A stretch of 64,000 nt of DNA. It comes from Roseomonas sp. Lineage in GTDB: Bacteria > Pseudomonadota > Alphaproteobacteria > Acetobacterales > Acetobacteraceae. Each line of letters starts with the position of its first letter. Position 1 is the stretch's first letter. Below the pieces are notes generated by a model. The model was not told the origin of the DNA. It saw only the letters and a program-made list of their open reading frames with translations, and searched no databases. The translations under genes and the position numbers were made by a program. Shown piece by piece: positions 54,326 to 64,000 of this stretch. The stretch covers positions 75,012-139,011 of the forward strand of contig JADCGF010000011.1 in NCBI GenBank assembly GCA_020249145.1, given 5' to 3'.

Positions 54326-55032
54326 GCGCCGGCCTTGGGTTTGGGCAATAGCCCCGCCACTTGCCGCGCCGCCACGCCAGGCAGCCGCGCCAAAGCGCCC
54401 TGCCCGCCCGCCGCATAAACCGCAATGGCGCGCAGCAGATCGCGCAATTGGCCAATCGCCGCCGAATCAAAGGGCAGATAGGCGCCCCCGGTCAGCCGCG
54501 CGATTTGCCGAAACACCGCCCCCGCCACCGGATCAGCGCCTTCGTGGAAGATGAAGGCCTGCGTGCCGCGCAGGCCAAGCTCCCCTGCCGTGTGGCAGAG
54601 CGCATCGGCATTTTCTTCCATCGCATCGCCGATGAAGATCAGCGCGCGGATGCGGCCTTGTTTCGTTTCCGCCAGCGCATGATCCAGCACTGCCTGGATT
54701 TGGGTTTTGCCACCCAGGCAGGAAACACCGGAAAGCCGCCGCGCCAAATCCTGCGCATCCTGCAAGAAGGGTGTCGCGCGAAATTCGCCAAAGCCACGAT
54801 AATAGGCAAGCGATAGCGCAAGCCCGCCGATACCCTGCGCCGCTTGCAGCATTTCCGCCGTCAGCCCCGCCGCCTGATCCCAGGTGCGCTCCCGCGATGC
54901 GGTGGCGTCAATGGCGAAGATCAGCCGCGCGATGGTGTTGGGCGCAGTGCGCAACGCCGGCACCCGCGCCGCCTGATCCAGAAAGGCGGCCACGGCGGCG
55001 GAAGGGGCGCGCGGGGCGGGGGGTTTGCTCAT
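54322..55032 (-). CDS. VWA domain protein
   Basis: IFAIDATASR (MIDAS), YYRG, GGKTQI, FIGDAMEE. Confidence 0.85.
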   Translation of the reverse strand: MSKPPAPRAPSAAVAAFLDQAARVPALRTAPNTIARLIFAIDATASRERTWDQAAGLTAEMLQAAQGIGGLALSLAYYRGFGEFRATPFLQDAQDLARRLSGVSCLGGKTQIQAVLDHALAETKQGRIRALIFIGDAMEENADALCHTAGELGLRGTQAFIFHEGADPVAGAVFRQIARLTGGAYLPFDSAAIGQLRDLLRAIAVYAAGGQGALARLPGVAARQVAGLLPKPKAGA

Positions 55033-55099
55033 TGGGGGGATGTGGGGGTGGGGCGAGACGGTTAAAGGCCACAGGGGGCTCTGACCCCTGGCGCGCGGA

Positions 55100-55807
55100 T
55101 CAGGCAAGCGGGCTCCGCAGCCAGGCTGCGTCTGTCGCCACCGTCACCCGGCGCAACCGCGCCACCACCGCGTCCAGCTCCTCCGGCCGGGCGGAGCTGC
55201 TGACCAGGGTCGCCAATATCGCCACCTGCCCGTCCCGCAACGCATGCTGTTCCCACCCCGCCACCGGGAAGCCGCCCGCCGAGAGCGCCTGGCTCAGCGT
55301 CTCCCGCGCTTCCGCCACTGCTGGCTCGGGCACGGTGATGGCCACCTGGTAGCGCGCCTCAGCCGCCTGGTCGCGGATCGGTAGGCGGTCAATCAGTATG
55401 CCGAGCGGCCGCAGCGCAGTGTTGCAGACCAGCACAAATGTCGCGATCGCGATCGCCTGTACCGGCAGGTTAGCCCCTGCCGCCGCGCCCACAGCCGCCG
55501 AGCACCAAACGGTCGCCGCGGTATTGAGCCCGCGGATCGTCCCGCCCTCCCTCAGGATCAGCCCAGCGCCGAGGAAGCCGACCCCAGTGACAACATTCGC
55601 CAGCACCCGCATCGCGCCATCGCCGCCGGCCATCTGGATGCCCAAATCCACAAAGGCCGCCGCACCAAGCGCGACCAGAACATTGGTGCGGAGCGAGGCT
55701 ATACGCTCCCGATACTGGCGTTCTGCCCCGATCACCGCACCAAGCAGCAGCGCGAGTGCCAGGCTGCCGGCGGTATCGGCGATACCTGCGAGGCTTTCGG
55801 GGATCAT
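55100..55807 (-). CDS. MgtC/SapB family protein
   Basis: GAVIGAERQ, LRTN.LVALG, VVTGVGFLGAG, GLNTAATVW. Confidence 0.92.
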   Translation of the reverse strand: MIPESLAGIADTAGSLALALLLGAVIGAERQYRERIASLRTNVLVALGAAAFVDLGIQMAGGDGAMRVLANVVTGVGFLGAGLILREGGTIRGLNTAATVWCSAAVGAAAGANLPVQAIAIATFVLVCNTALRPLGILIDRLPIRDQAAEARYQVAITVPEPAVAEARETLSQALSAGGFPVAGWEQHALRDGQVAILATLVSSSARPEELDAVVARLRRVTVATDAAWLRSPLA

Positions 55808-55912
55808 GCCGCAGCGAGCGGCGGGCGGCGGGTTTCCATTACCGCCACTGCCTTAACGTCAGCGAAGCGCCGCCTGGTTTTCATCCGTGTTTTTATCCGG
55901 CCTGAAATGCTG

Positions 55913-58186
55913 TCACCCAACCCTATTCGCCTCGGCCACCGCCAGCGCGGTCAGGTTCAGAATGCCGCGCGCGGTGACACTTGGCACCAGCACATGCACG
56001 GGCTTTTTCATGCCCAGCAGCAGCGGCCCCAATTGCAGCCCATCGGTCGCCGCCTTGGCCAGGTTGAAGGCGATATTCGCGGCATCAATGCCGGGCATCA
56101 CCAGCAAATTCGCCGCGCCGGTCAGCCTGCCATCCGGCACGGCGCGGTCGCGAATGGCCGGCACCAGCGCGGCATCGGCATGCATTTCGCCATCCACTTC
56201 CAAGGCCGGATCACGCGCCTGGATCAGCGCCAGCGCTTCGCGCATCCGCCGCGCGGATGGCGCGTGGGAGGCACCAAAGGAAGAATGCGACAGCAACGCC
56301 ACCTTCGGCTGCAAGCCAAAGCCGCGCACCTGTTCGGCGGCCAGTAGCGTCATTTCCGCGATCTGTGCGGCGGAGGGTTCCACGCAAAGATGCGTATCAA
56401 CAACGAACATATGTTCGCCATTGCGGGTGATTAGGCCGGATACCGCATAAACGCGCCCGACATCATCGCGCTTGCCGATGATATCCAGCACGTGATGCCA
56501 CTGATCCATCCAATCCTGCGTGCCGCCGCACAGCGCGGCATCCACCAGCCCCGCTTCCAGCAATAGTGAAGCCGCAACCGCAGGGCGTGTGGCCACATGG
56601 CGCGCGGCAGCATCCGGCGGTACACCACGGCGCGACACCTTGCTGCGATACAGATCCACCAGCGGGCCGAAGATTTCCGTATCGCGCGTGGGGTCCAGCA
56701 CTTTCACGCTATCGCCGACCGACATGCGCAAGCCCAACGCCTCACAGCGCGCGGCGATCACATCGGCGCGGCCAATCAGATAAGGTTCGGCAATGCCTTC
56801 ATCCAACACGGATTGTACGGCGCGGAGCGTGCGCTCATCCTCACCTTCCGCATAGGCGATGCGGCGCGGACGCTTGCGCGCCGCTTCGAACACCGGGCGC
56901 ATGAGGTTGCCAGAACGGAAGACATTGCGTTCCAGCCGGCGGCGATAGGCGCTGAAATCCTCAATCGGGCGCGTAGCCACACCGCTTGCCATGGCAGCCC
57001 GTGCTACCGCCGGCGCCACTTCCAAGATCAAGCGCGGATCAAAGGGTTTCGGGATGATGTAATCTGGCCCGAAAATCGGTGCCTGACCGCCATAGGCTGC
57101 CGCCACAACTTCGGAAGCTTCAACGCGCGCCAAGGCGGCGATGGCATCGGCGGCGGCGACCTTCATATCCTCATTGATGGTGGTGGCGCCGACATCCAAG
57201 GCGCCACGAAAAATAAAGGGGAAACACAGAACATTATTGACCTGGTTCGGGTAATCCGTGCGCCCCGTCGCCACAATCGCATCGGGCCGCGCGGCGCGCA
57301 CCGCTTCGGGCAGGATTTCCGGCTCGGGATTGGCCAGCGCCAAGACTAAGGGGTTGGGTGCCAGCAGCTTCAGCCATTCCGGCTTCAAGACGCGCGGTGC
57401 GGAAAGGCCAAGGAAGATATCAGCGCCGGGCAAAGCATCTTCCAAGCTCCGCGCATTCGTCTCGATCGCCCATTTCGCCTTATAGGGGTCAAGATCATCG
57501 CGCCCCTTATGCACCACGCCGCCAATATCGCAGATGGTCACGTTTTCGCGCTTGAGCCCCATGGCCACCAGCAGATCAAGGCAAGCAAGCGCCGCCGCAC
57601 CCCCGCCGGTATTGACCAAACGCACATCTTCAAGCCGCTTGCCTTGCAGCAGAAGCGCATTCCGCACCGCGGCGGCCACAATAATCGCCGTGCCGTGCTG
57701 GTCATCATGAAAAACCGGAATGCGCATGCGTTCGCGCAGCCGGCGTTCCACTTCAAAACATTCGGGCGCCTTGATGTCTTCCAGATTGATCGCACCGAAG
57801 GAGGGTTCCAGCGCGGCAATCACCTCAATCAGCTTATCGGGGTCGCGTTCGTCAATTTCGATATCAATGGAATCAATGCCGGCGAATTTCTGAAACAGAA
57901 CCGCCTTGCCTTCCATCACGGGCTTGGACGCCAGCGCGCCGATGGCGCCAAGGCCCAGCACCGCCGTACCATTGGTAATCACCGCCACCAGATTGCCGCG
58001 CGCGGTATAGTCAAAGGCAGCGCGGGGATCGGCGGCTATCGCCTCACACGCGGCGGCGACACCGGGCGAATAGGCCAGGCCAAGGTCGCGCTGGGTTTCC
58101 ATCCGCTTGGTCGGCGTGATGGAAAGCTTCCCGGGGCGGGGCAGCCGGTGGTAATCCAGCGCGGCTTTGCGGAAATCATCATCCAT
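55913..58186 (-). CDS. maeB: NADP-dependent malic enzyme with PTA-like C-terminal domain
   Basis: [56 protein letters not shown]. Confidence 0.96.
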   Translation of the reverse strand: MDDDFRKAALDYHRLPRPGKLSITPTKRMETQRDLGLAYSPGVAAACEAIAADPRAAFDYTARGNLVAVITNGTAVLGLGAIGALASKPVMEGKAVLFQKFAGIDSIDIEIDERDPDKLIEVIAALEPSFGAINLEDIKAPECFEVERRLRERMRIPVFHDDQHGTAIIVAAAVRNALLLQGKRLEDVRLVNTGGGAAALACLDLLVAMGLKRENVTICDIGGVVHKGRDDLDPYKAKWAIETNARSLEDALPGADIFLGLSAPRVLKPEWLKLLAPNPLVLALANPEPEILPEAVRAARPDAIVATGRTDYPNQVNNVLCFPFIFRGALDVGATTINEDMKVAAADAIAALARVEASEVVAAAYGGQAPIFGPDYIIPKPFDPRLILEVAPAVARAAMASGVATRPIEDFSAYRRRLERNVFRSGNLMRPVFEAARKRPRRIAYAEGEDERTLRAVQSVLDEGIAEPYLIGRADVIAARCEALGLRMSVGDSVKVLDPTRDTEIFGPLVDLYRSKVSRRGVPPDAAARHVATRPAVAASLLLEAGLVDAALCGGTQDWMDQWHHVLDIIGKRDDVGRVYAVSGLITRNGEHMFVVDTHLCVEPSAAQIAEMTLLAAEQVRGFGLQPKVALLSHSSFGASHAPSARRMREALALIQARDPALEVDGEMHADAALVPAIRDRAVPDGRLTGAANLLVMPGIDAANIAFNLAKAATDGLQLGPLLLGMKKPVHVLVPSVTARGILNLTALAVAEANRVG

Positions 58187-58226
58187 GAGGGCACCCTTAC
58201 CCGGCAACACCCGAAAGAGTGAAATA

Positions 58227-58312
58227 TGGTGCGGCCAAGAAGATTCGAACTTCCACGGGGTTTCCCCCACCAGCACCTCAAGCTGGCGCGTCTACCATTC
58301 CGCCATGGCCGC
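58227..58312 (-). tRNA. tRNA-Leu (anticodon GAG)
   Basis: Reverse complement GCGGCCATGGCGGAATGGTAGACGCGCCAGC-TTGAGGT-GCTGG...GTTCGAATC...GGCCGCACCA; long variable arm; encoded CCA. Confidence 0.95.
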
Positions 58313-58342
58313 AAACCAGGTAGAAGGCGGGCGCTATAGCCG

Positions 58343-59005
58343 ATGAATGCGCTGCCATCAACGCCCGCCCTTGAATGGGAAACCCTGCCGGGCCTCACCC
58401 CCTATGCCGAGACGCTGGCACGTATGGAAGCGCGCGCGGCGGCCATTCGCGCGGGCATGGCGGGGGAGGCCGTGTGGCTGGTGGAACACCCGCCGAGCTA
58501 CACCGCCGGCACTTCCGCCCGCGCTGAAGATTTGCGCGATGCCCGCTTTCCCGTGTTTGAGGCCGGGCGCGGCGGGCAATGGACCTATCACGGGCCGGGG
58601 CAGCGCACCGGCTATGTGATGCTTGACCTGCATTACCCCCATGGCGGCATTCCGGCGCGCGATATCCGGGCTTTTGTGGCGGGGCTGGAGGAATGGCTGA
58701 TCCTGACGCTGGCCCATTTCGGCGTGCAGGGCGAAAGGCGCGAAGGCCGTGTTGGCATTTGGGTGGCGAATAAGGCGACAGGGCAGGAAGCAAAGATCGG
58801 CGCCATTGGCGTGCGTGTGACGCGCTGGGTTTCCTGGCATGGCGTGGCGTTGAATGTGGCGCCTGATCTGGCGCACTTCGGTGGCATCGTGCCCTGCGGC
58901 ATTGCCGAACATGGCGTCACCAGCCTGCATGCACTCGGCGTTTCGGTCAGCATGGCGGAAGTGGACCAGGCGCTGCGCCATGCTTGGGGTCAGGTTTTCG
59001 GCTGA
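58343..59005 (+). CDS. lipB: Lipoyl(octanoyl) transferase
   Basis: [39 protein letters not shown]. Confidence 0.95.
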   Translation: MNALPSTPALEWETLPGLTPYAETLARMEARAAAIRAGMAGEAVWLVEHPPSYTAGTSARAEDLRDARFPVFEAGRGGQWTYHGPGQRTGYVMLDLHYPHGGIPARDIRAFVAGLEEWLILTLAHFGVQGERREGRVGIWVANKATGQEAKIGAIGVRVTRWVSWHGVALNVAPDLAHFGGIVPCGIAEHGVTSLHALGVSVSMAEVDQALRHAWGQVFG

Positions 59006-59072
59006 AACCCAGGCTGCGAATCGTGCGGTTTTCCGTTAAAGTGATATCTCCCGGCCAACGGAGCCCCCGCCC

Positions 59073-59540
59073 ATGCCCATCCCCATCGCCTCTGACCATG
59101 CCGGCCTGCCGCTCAAACAGGCGCTGAAATCAGCGCTGGCAGCCGAGGGGCTGAGTTTCGATGATCTCGGCGCCCATGGCCCTGAATCGGTGGATTACCC
59201 GGATTTCGCCCATGCGGTTTGCGCCAAGGTGGCGGACACCGAAGGCTTCGGCATTCTGGTCTGCGGCACTGGGATTGGCATGGCAATCGCCGCCAATCGC
59301 CACCCCGGCATTCGCGCTGCCGTCTTGCATAACGCGACCGAAGCGCGGCTGACCCGCGCCCATAACAACGCCAATATCGCCTGCCTTGGCGCCCGCACGA
59401 CGGGGATTGAAGTGGCGCTGGATGCCATCCGGGCTTTTCTGGCCTCGCCCTTTGAAGGTGGGCGGCATGTAGGGCGGGTACAAAAACTCGATCCGGCGCT
59501 TGCCAAGCAGGGCGTGGCGGGCGCAAAAACAACGCCATGA
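59073..59540 (+). CDS. rpiB: Ribose-5-phosphate isomerase B
   Basis: ASDHAG, DYPD, CGTGIG, ANR, HNNAN, FEGGRH. Confidence 0.95.
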   Translation: MPIPIASDHAGLPLKQALKSALAAEGLSFDDLGAHGPESVDYPDFAHAVCAKVADTEGFGILVCGTGIGMAIAANRHPGIRAAVLHNATEARLTRAHNNANIACLGARTTGIEVALDAIRAFLASPFEGGRHVGRVQKLDPALAKQGVAGAKTTP

Positions 59541-60874
59541 AAACCCCCCTCCCTGCCCTGGTCCGTGCGCCGGAAGGCCTCGGCGCCGCCCCGCCCCCTG
59601 CCGGCTTTTTCACCGCGAGCCTCGCCGCATCCGATCCTGAAATCGCCGCCGCCGTGGCACAGGAATTGGAACGCGAACAGGATGGGATTGAGCTGATCGC
59701 CTCAGAAAACATCGTCTCCCGCGCCGTGATGGAAGCGCAGGGGTCGGTGATGACGAATAAATACGCCGAAGGCTATCCGGGCCGGCGGTATTACGGCGGT
59801 TGCGAGGCGGTGGATATCGCCGAAAGGCTTGCGATTGAGCGCGCCTGCAAGCTGTTTGGGTGCGGCTTTGCGAATGTGCAGCCGCATTCGGGCGCGCAGG
59901 CCAATCAGGCGGTTTTCCTGGCGCTGCTGCAGCCAGGCGATTGCATCATGGGGCTTGATCTCGCGGCCGGTGGGCATTTGACGCATGGGTCACCCGCCAA
60001 TCTTTCCGGCAAATGGTTCAAGCCGGTGCCCTATACGGTGCGCCGCGAAGACCAGCAAATTGATATGGCGGAAGTCGCGCGCATTGCGCGTGAAGCGAAG
60101 CCAAAGCTGATCATCGCCGGCGGCAGCGCCTATGCGCGTATTTGGGATTTCGCGGCCTTCCGCGCCATTGCCGATGAGGTCGGCGCCTATTTTCTGGTGG
60201 ATATGGCGCATTTCGCAGGCCTGGTTGCCGGCGGCGCCCATCCTTCGCCCTTCCCCCATGCGCATGTGGCGACCACCACCACGCACAAGACTTTGCGTGG
60301 GCCGCGCGGTGGGATGATTCTGACGAATGACGAAGCGCTGACGAAGAAATTCAACAGCGCCGTATTCCCTGGCCTGCAAGGTGGGCCGCTGATGCATGTG
60401 ATCGCCGCCAAGGCGGTTGCGTTCGGGGAAGCGCTGCGCCCGGAATTCCGCACCTATTCGCGCCAGATTGTCGTTAATGCCAAGGCGCTTGCGGGTGAAT
60501 TGCAGGCGCAGGGTTTGGATTTGGTGACGGGCGGCACTGACAATCACTTGTTGCTGGTTGACCTGCGGCCCAAGAAACTCACTGGCAAAGTCGCGGAAGC
60601 CGCGCTCAATCGCGCGCATCTGACCTGCAACAAGAACGCCATTCCCTTCGACCCGGAAAAGCCGATGGTAACATCGGGGGTGCGCCTTGGCACGCCCGCC
60701 GGCACCACGCGCGGCTTTGGAGAGGCAGAATTCCGCCAAATTGGCAAGCTGATCGGCGAAGTGCTGGATGGCGCGGCGCGCGCCAATGATGAAGCCGGCA
60801 ATGGCGCGGTGGAAGCTTCGGTGAAGGCGCGGGTGATGGAACTCTGCCATCGCTTCCCGATCTATCCGGCATGA
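59537..60874 (+). CDS. glyA: Serine hydroxymethyltransferase
   Basis: [42 protein letters not shown]. Confidence 0.97.
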   Translation: MKTPLPALVRAPEGLGAAPPPAGFFTASLAASDPEIAAAVAQELEREQDGIELIASENIVSRAVMEAQGSVMTNKYAEGYPGRRYYGGCEAVDIAERLAIERACKLFGCGFANVQPHSGAQANQAVFLALLQPGDCIMGLDLAAGGHLTHGSPANLSGKWFKPVPYTVRREDQQIDMAEVARIAREAKPKLIIAGGSAYARIWDFAAFRAIADEVGAYFLVDMAHFAGLVAGGAHPSPFPHAHVATTTTHKTLRGPRGGMILTNDEALTKKFNSAVFPGLQGGPLMHVIAAKAVAFGEALRPEFRTYSRQIVVNAKALAGELQAQGLDLVTGGTDNHLLLVDLRPKKLTGKVAEAALNRAHLTCNKNAIPFDPEKPMVTSGVRLGTPAGTTRGFGEAEFRQIGKLIGEVLDGAARANDEAGNGAVEASVKARVMELCHRFPIYPA

Positions 60875-61326
60875 AGTGCCCCTTCTGCGGATTTGACGAT
60901 ACGCAGGTGAAGGATAGCCGCCCGGCGGAAGATAGCGCGGCCATTCGCCGCCGCCGCGCCTGCACAGAATGCGGCGCGCGTTTCACGACTTTTGAACGTG
61001 TGCAACTGCGCGAGATTACCATCATCAAAACCGATGGCCGGCGCGTGCCGTTTGAACGGGAAAAGCTTGCACGGTCCATCCGTGTGGCACTCCGCAAGCG
61101 CCCGGTGGATGAGGACCGCATCGAAAAACTGGTCAATTCCATCCAGCGCCGGCTGGAAACCGAAGGCGAAAGCGACATCCCCTCCAACAAGATCGGGGAG
61201 ATTGTGATGGAAACGCTGAAGGAATTGGACCAGGTGGCCTATGTGCGCTTTGCCAGCGTTTATCGCAATTTTGGCGAGGCGAAGGATTTCCAGTCCTTTT
61301 TGGGCGAATTGGGGCGGAAGGAATAG
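60871..61326 (+). CDS. nrdR: Transcriptional repressor NrdR
   Basis: MKCPFC, RRRRAC..C..RFTTFE, ATP cone, [10 protein letters not shown]. Confidence 0.97.
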   Translation: MKCPFCGFDDTQVKDSRPAEDSAAIRRRRACTECGARFTTFERVQLREITIIKTDGRRVPFEREKLARSIRVALRKRPVDEDRIEKLVNSIQRRLETEGESDIPSNKIGEIVMETLKELDQVAYVRFASVYRNFGEAKDFQSFLGELGRKE

Positions 61327-61429
61327 AGCATTTTCAAGCCAAGTGCACTCACTTGGCGACTCGGAAAATGCGACCAAACAAGGGTCTAGAGCATGTCTGA
61401 TGAGCCATTGCGAAACGGGCATGCTCTAG
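61324..61429. repeat. Intergenic palindromic mosaic element (same family as 49394-49541)
   Basis: TAGAGCATTTTC..GCCAAGTG-cact-CACTTGGC..GAAAATGC-gaccAAACAA..CTAGAGCATG...CATGCTCTAG. Confidence 0.82.
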
Positions 61430-61462
61430 CGCCCATTCGGCGCTTGCCCTCATGATGCTGCG

Positions 61463-62566
61463 ATGAATGATGATCTGCTTCACATGCGCGCGGCCCTTGC
61501 CCTGGCGCGGCGGGGCCTGGGCAATGCCTGGCCTAACCCTGCCGTGGGCTGCGTGCTGGTGAAGGAAGGCCGCGTGATTGGCCGCGGCTGGACCCAGCCC
61601 GGCGGTCGCCCCCATGCGGAAACCGAAGCACTGCGCCGCGCCGGGGCTGCCGCACGCGGCGCCACCGCCTATGTCACGCTTGAGCCCTGTTCGCATCATG
61701 GCCGCACGCCACCCTGTTGTGAGGCTTTGGCCGAGGCCGGCGTTGCCCGCGTGGTGATGGCGATGCGTGATCCTGATCCGCGCGTGAATGGCCGCGGCCT
61801 GGCCATGCTGCGCGGCGCCGGGATTGTGGTGGAAGAAGGGCTGCTGGAAGGCGAAGCCCGCGCGCTCAATGCCGGGTTTTTCCGCCGCATTCAGGCGGGC
61901 ATGCCGGTGGTGACGCTGAAGCTTGCCTCCACCTTGGATGGCCGCATCGCCACCGCCTCCGGCGAAAGCCGCTGGATCACCGGGGAGGCCGCGCGGCGCG
62001 AAGTGCATGCGCTGCGCGCGCGGCATGATGCGATTCTGGTGGGGTCCGGCACTGTGCTCGCGGATGATCCCGACCTGACCTGCCGGATTCCGGGCATGGA
62101 ACGCGTGCCCATGTTGCGCGTGGTGGCGGATGCCAGGTTGCGCACGCCGCCCCAAGCCCGGTTGGTGCAAAGCGCGGGCACGGCGCCGGTGCTGGTGATT
62201 ACCGCGCCCGGCCATCCGCCGGCGGCGCAGGCGCCCTTCATTGCCGCCGGGGCGGATATCATCACCGCCCCCGCCCATGTGGCTGGCGGGCTTGATCTGC
62301 CTTCCCTGCTGCGCGCCCTGGGCCGGCGCGGCGTGACCCGCGTGCTGGCCGAAGGCGGCGCGGGGCTGGCGGCGGCGCTGCTCCGGCAGGGCTTGGTGGA
62401 CCGGCTGGTCTGGTTTCACGCCCCCGCCGTGATGGGTGGCGATGGCCATCCGGCAACTGAGGGCTTGCGTCTTGCCGCGCTCAGCGCCATGCCTCGTTTT
62501 CGTCGCACGGGGTTCAGGCCCATTGGCGATGATATGCTCTCTGAATTCGAACGCATTGGGGATTAG
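61463..62566 (+). CDS. ribD: Riboflavin biosynthesis deaminase/reductase
   Basis: NPAVG, HAE, TLEPCSHHGRTPPC, KLASTLDG, EGG. Confidence 0.97.
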   Translation: MNDDLLHMRAALALARRGLGNAWPNPAVGCVLVKEGRVIGRGWTQPGGRPHAETEALRRAGAAARGATAYVTLEPCSHHGRTPPCCEALAEAGVARVVMAMRDPDPRVNGRGLAMLRGAGIVVEEGLLEGEARALNAGFFRRIQAGMPVVTLKLASTLDGRIATASGESRWITGEAARREVHALRARHDAILVGSGTVLADDPDLTCRIPGMERVPMLRVVADARLRTPPQARLVQSAGTAPVLVITAPGHPPAAQAPFIAAGADIITAPAHVAGGLDLPSLLRALGRRGVTRVLAEGGAGLAAALLRQGLVDRLVWFHAPAVMGGDGHPATEGLRLAALSAMPRFRRTGFRPIGDDMLSEFERIGD

Positions 62567-62570
62567 CGCC

Positions 62571-63182
62571 ATGTTCACCGGCATTGTCACAGCGCTTGGC
62601 ACGGTCAGAGAGGTGCAGCCGATTGGCGGCGGCCACGATCTGCGCCTGGTGATGGGCGTGACCCCCGATTTCCTGCTGCAACCAACGCCGGCTGTCCTGG
62701 GCGCTTCCATTTGCTGTTCGGGCGTTTGCCTGACGGTGGTGCAGCTTTCGGCGGATTCCTTCAGCGTGGATGCCTCGGCTGAGACGGTCGCTAAAACCAC
62801 TTTGGGCGGCTGGAAGAAAGGCGCCAAGGTCAATCTGGAACGCGCGCTCAAGCTTGGGGATGAATTGGGCGGGCATTTGGTTTCTGGCCATGTGGATGGC
62901 GTGGCGGAGGTGATGTCCGCGACGCCCGAAAATGCCTCCGTCCGCTGGCGCTTCCGTGCGCCGGATGCTTTGGCGCCCTTCATCGCGCCCAAGGGATCGG
63001 TCGCGCTTGATGGTGTTTCATTGACCGTGAATGAGGTTGACGGCGCGACATTCGGCGTCAACATCATCCCCCATACCGCCGCGATGACGGGCTTTGGCAC
63101 CTTGCAGCCCGGTGATCGCGTCAATATCGAAATAGACACGCTGGCCCGTTACGTTGCCCGCATGATGGAGTTCAGGGCATGA
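62571..63182 (+). CDS. ribE: Riboflavin synthase (alpha chain)
   Basis: MFTGIV, GASICCSGVCLTV, VNLERAL, GGHLVSGHVD, GVSLTVN. Confidence 0.96.
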   Translation: MFTGIVTALGTVREVQPIGGGHDLRLVMGVTPDFLLQPTPAVLGASICCSGVCLTVVQLSADSFSVDASAETVAKTTLGGWKKGAKVNLERALKLGDELGGHLVSGHVDGVAEVMSATPENASVRWRFRAPDALAPFIAPKGSVALDGVSLTVNEVDGATFGVNIIPHTAAMTGFGTLQPGDRVNIEIDTLARYVARMMEFRA

Positions 63183-64000
63183 CTTCCCAAACGGCGGAAA
63201 CCGCCATCCGCACTTCCTTCGCTGACTTCATCTCGCCCACCGAGGAATTGCTGGAAGAAGCGCGCCGCGGGCGCATGTTCATCCTGGTGGATGATGAAGA
63301 CCGCGAGAATGAGGGCGATCTGGTGATCCCCGCGCAATTCGCGACCCCGGATGCGATCAATTTCATGGCGCGTTATGCGCGCGGCTTGATCTGCCTTTCC
63401 ATGACGCGTGCGCGGGTGGATCAATTGGGCCTGCCGCTAATGGCGCAATCCAATGGCACGCGGCATCAAACCGCCTTCACGGTTTCCATTGAAGCGCGCG
63501 ATGGCGTGACCACGGGCATTTCGGCGGCGGATCGTGCGCGCACCGTCGCGGTTGCGATCAATTCCGAATTGGGGCGGGAACATATCGTCACCCCCGGCCA
63601 TGTCTTTCCGCTGGTGGCGCGCGAAGGCGGCACCCTGGTGCGCGCGGGGCATACGGAAGCGGCGGTGGATTTCGCGCGTCTTGCAGGGCTCAATCCGTCA
63701 GGCGTGATCTGTGAGATCATGAATGATGACGGCACCATGGCGCGGATGCCGGATCTGGTGGCCTTCGCGCAGCATCACGGGCTGAAGCTTGGCACGATTG
63801 CGGATTTGATCGCGCATCGGCGCCGCACGGAAAAGCTGGTGCGCCGCGTGCAGGAAGGTGAGGTTGAGCAGGCCATCGGCGGCACTTGGCGCGCCATTGT
63901 CTATGAAAGCACGGCAGCACCTGGTGAGCATTTGGCGCTGGTAAAGGGCGATGTCAGCACCGATGCGCCGGTGCTGGTGCGCATGCATGCGGCATCCTTG
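63179..64000 (+). CDS. ribB: 3,4-dihydroxy-2-butanone-4-phosphate synthase (RibB/RibBA), truncated by the window end
   Basis: Own translation from ATG 63179: [53 protein letters not shown]. Confidence 0.93.
   Translation, partial: MTSQTAETAIRTSFADFISPTEELLEEARRGRMFILVDDEDRENEGDLVIPAQFATPDAINFMARYARGLICLSMTRARVDQLGLPLMAQSNGTRHQTAFTVSIEARDGVTTGISAADRARTVAVAINSELGREHIVTPGHVFPLVAREGGTLVRAGHTEAAVDFARLAGLNPSGVICEIMNDDGTMARMPDLVAFAQHHGLKLGTIADLIAHRRRTEKLVRRVQEGEVEQAIGGTWRAIVYESTAAPGEHLALVKGDVSTDAPVLVRMHAASL

Noticed and set aside
55100-55807. mgtC-like gene as a recent insertion
   Set aside because: Codon usage looks slightly different, but no flanking repeats or mobility genes were found
58227-58312. 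tRNA-Leu as an integration site for an island
   Set aside because: No duplicated tRNA 3' end or integrase was seen; the flanks are the core genes maeB and lipB
61327-61462. FMN riboswitch upstream of ribD
   Set aside because: No RFN conserved segments; the space is taken by the palindromic element
61349-63139. 596-aa minus-strand ORF opposite ribD and ribE
   Set aside because: Antisense shadow of conserved housekeeping genes

Overview
GC-rich (roughly 60-65% by eye) alphaproteobacterial chromosomal segment. Gene content and order (tRNA-Leu-lipB, rpiB-glyA-nrdR-rib, pleD, maeB, three Bug/TctC solute-binding proteins) suggest a Roseomonas-like member of the Acetobacteraceae; this is an inference. 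Main blocks: (1) 0.3-18.8 kb, mixed metabolism and regulation (SDR, methyltransferase, protease, cobB, MFS, an orphan TRAP fragment, a beta-CASP nuclease divergent from an FnrL-type regulator, HMG-CoA lyase, DUF4139, Ldh2-family dehydrogenase). This block includes an AT-rich single-gene DUF4917/SIR2-like insert flanked by a duplicated, diverged copy of the neighbouring gene's 3' end. (2) 19.5-28.9 kb, a translationally coupled seven-gene C30 carotenoid operon that makes its own squalene through a fused HpnC-HpnD protein plus HpnE (crtN-crtP-acyltransferase-glycosyltransferase-hpnCD-hpnE-aldH). (3) 35.7-42.6 kb, a sulfur-oxidation cluster (soxYZB, cytochrome c, fccAB, soxCD) with no soxAX, directly downstream of iscR-iscS. 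(4) 45-64 kb, mostly housekeeping genes, tRNA-Leu(GAG), and two copies of an intergenic TAGAGC...GCTCTAG palindromic element. No CRISPR array, rRNA, transposase or integrase was seen. All assignments come from motif recognition by eye; no database search was run.
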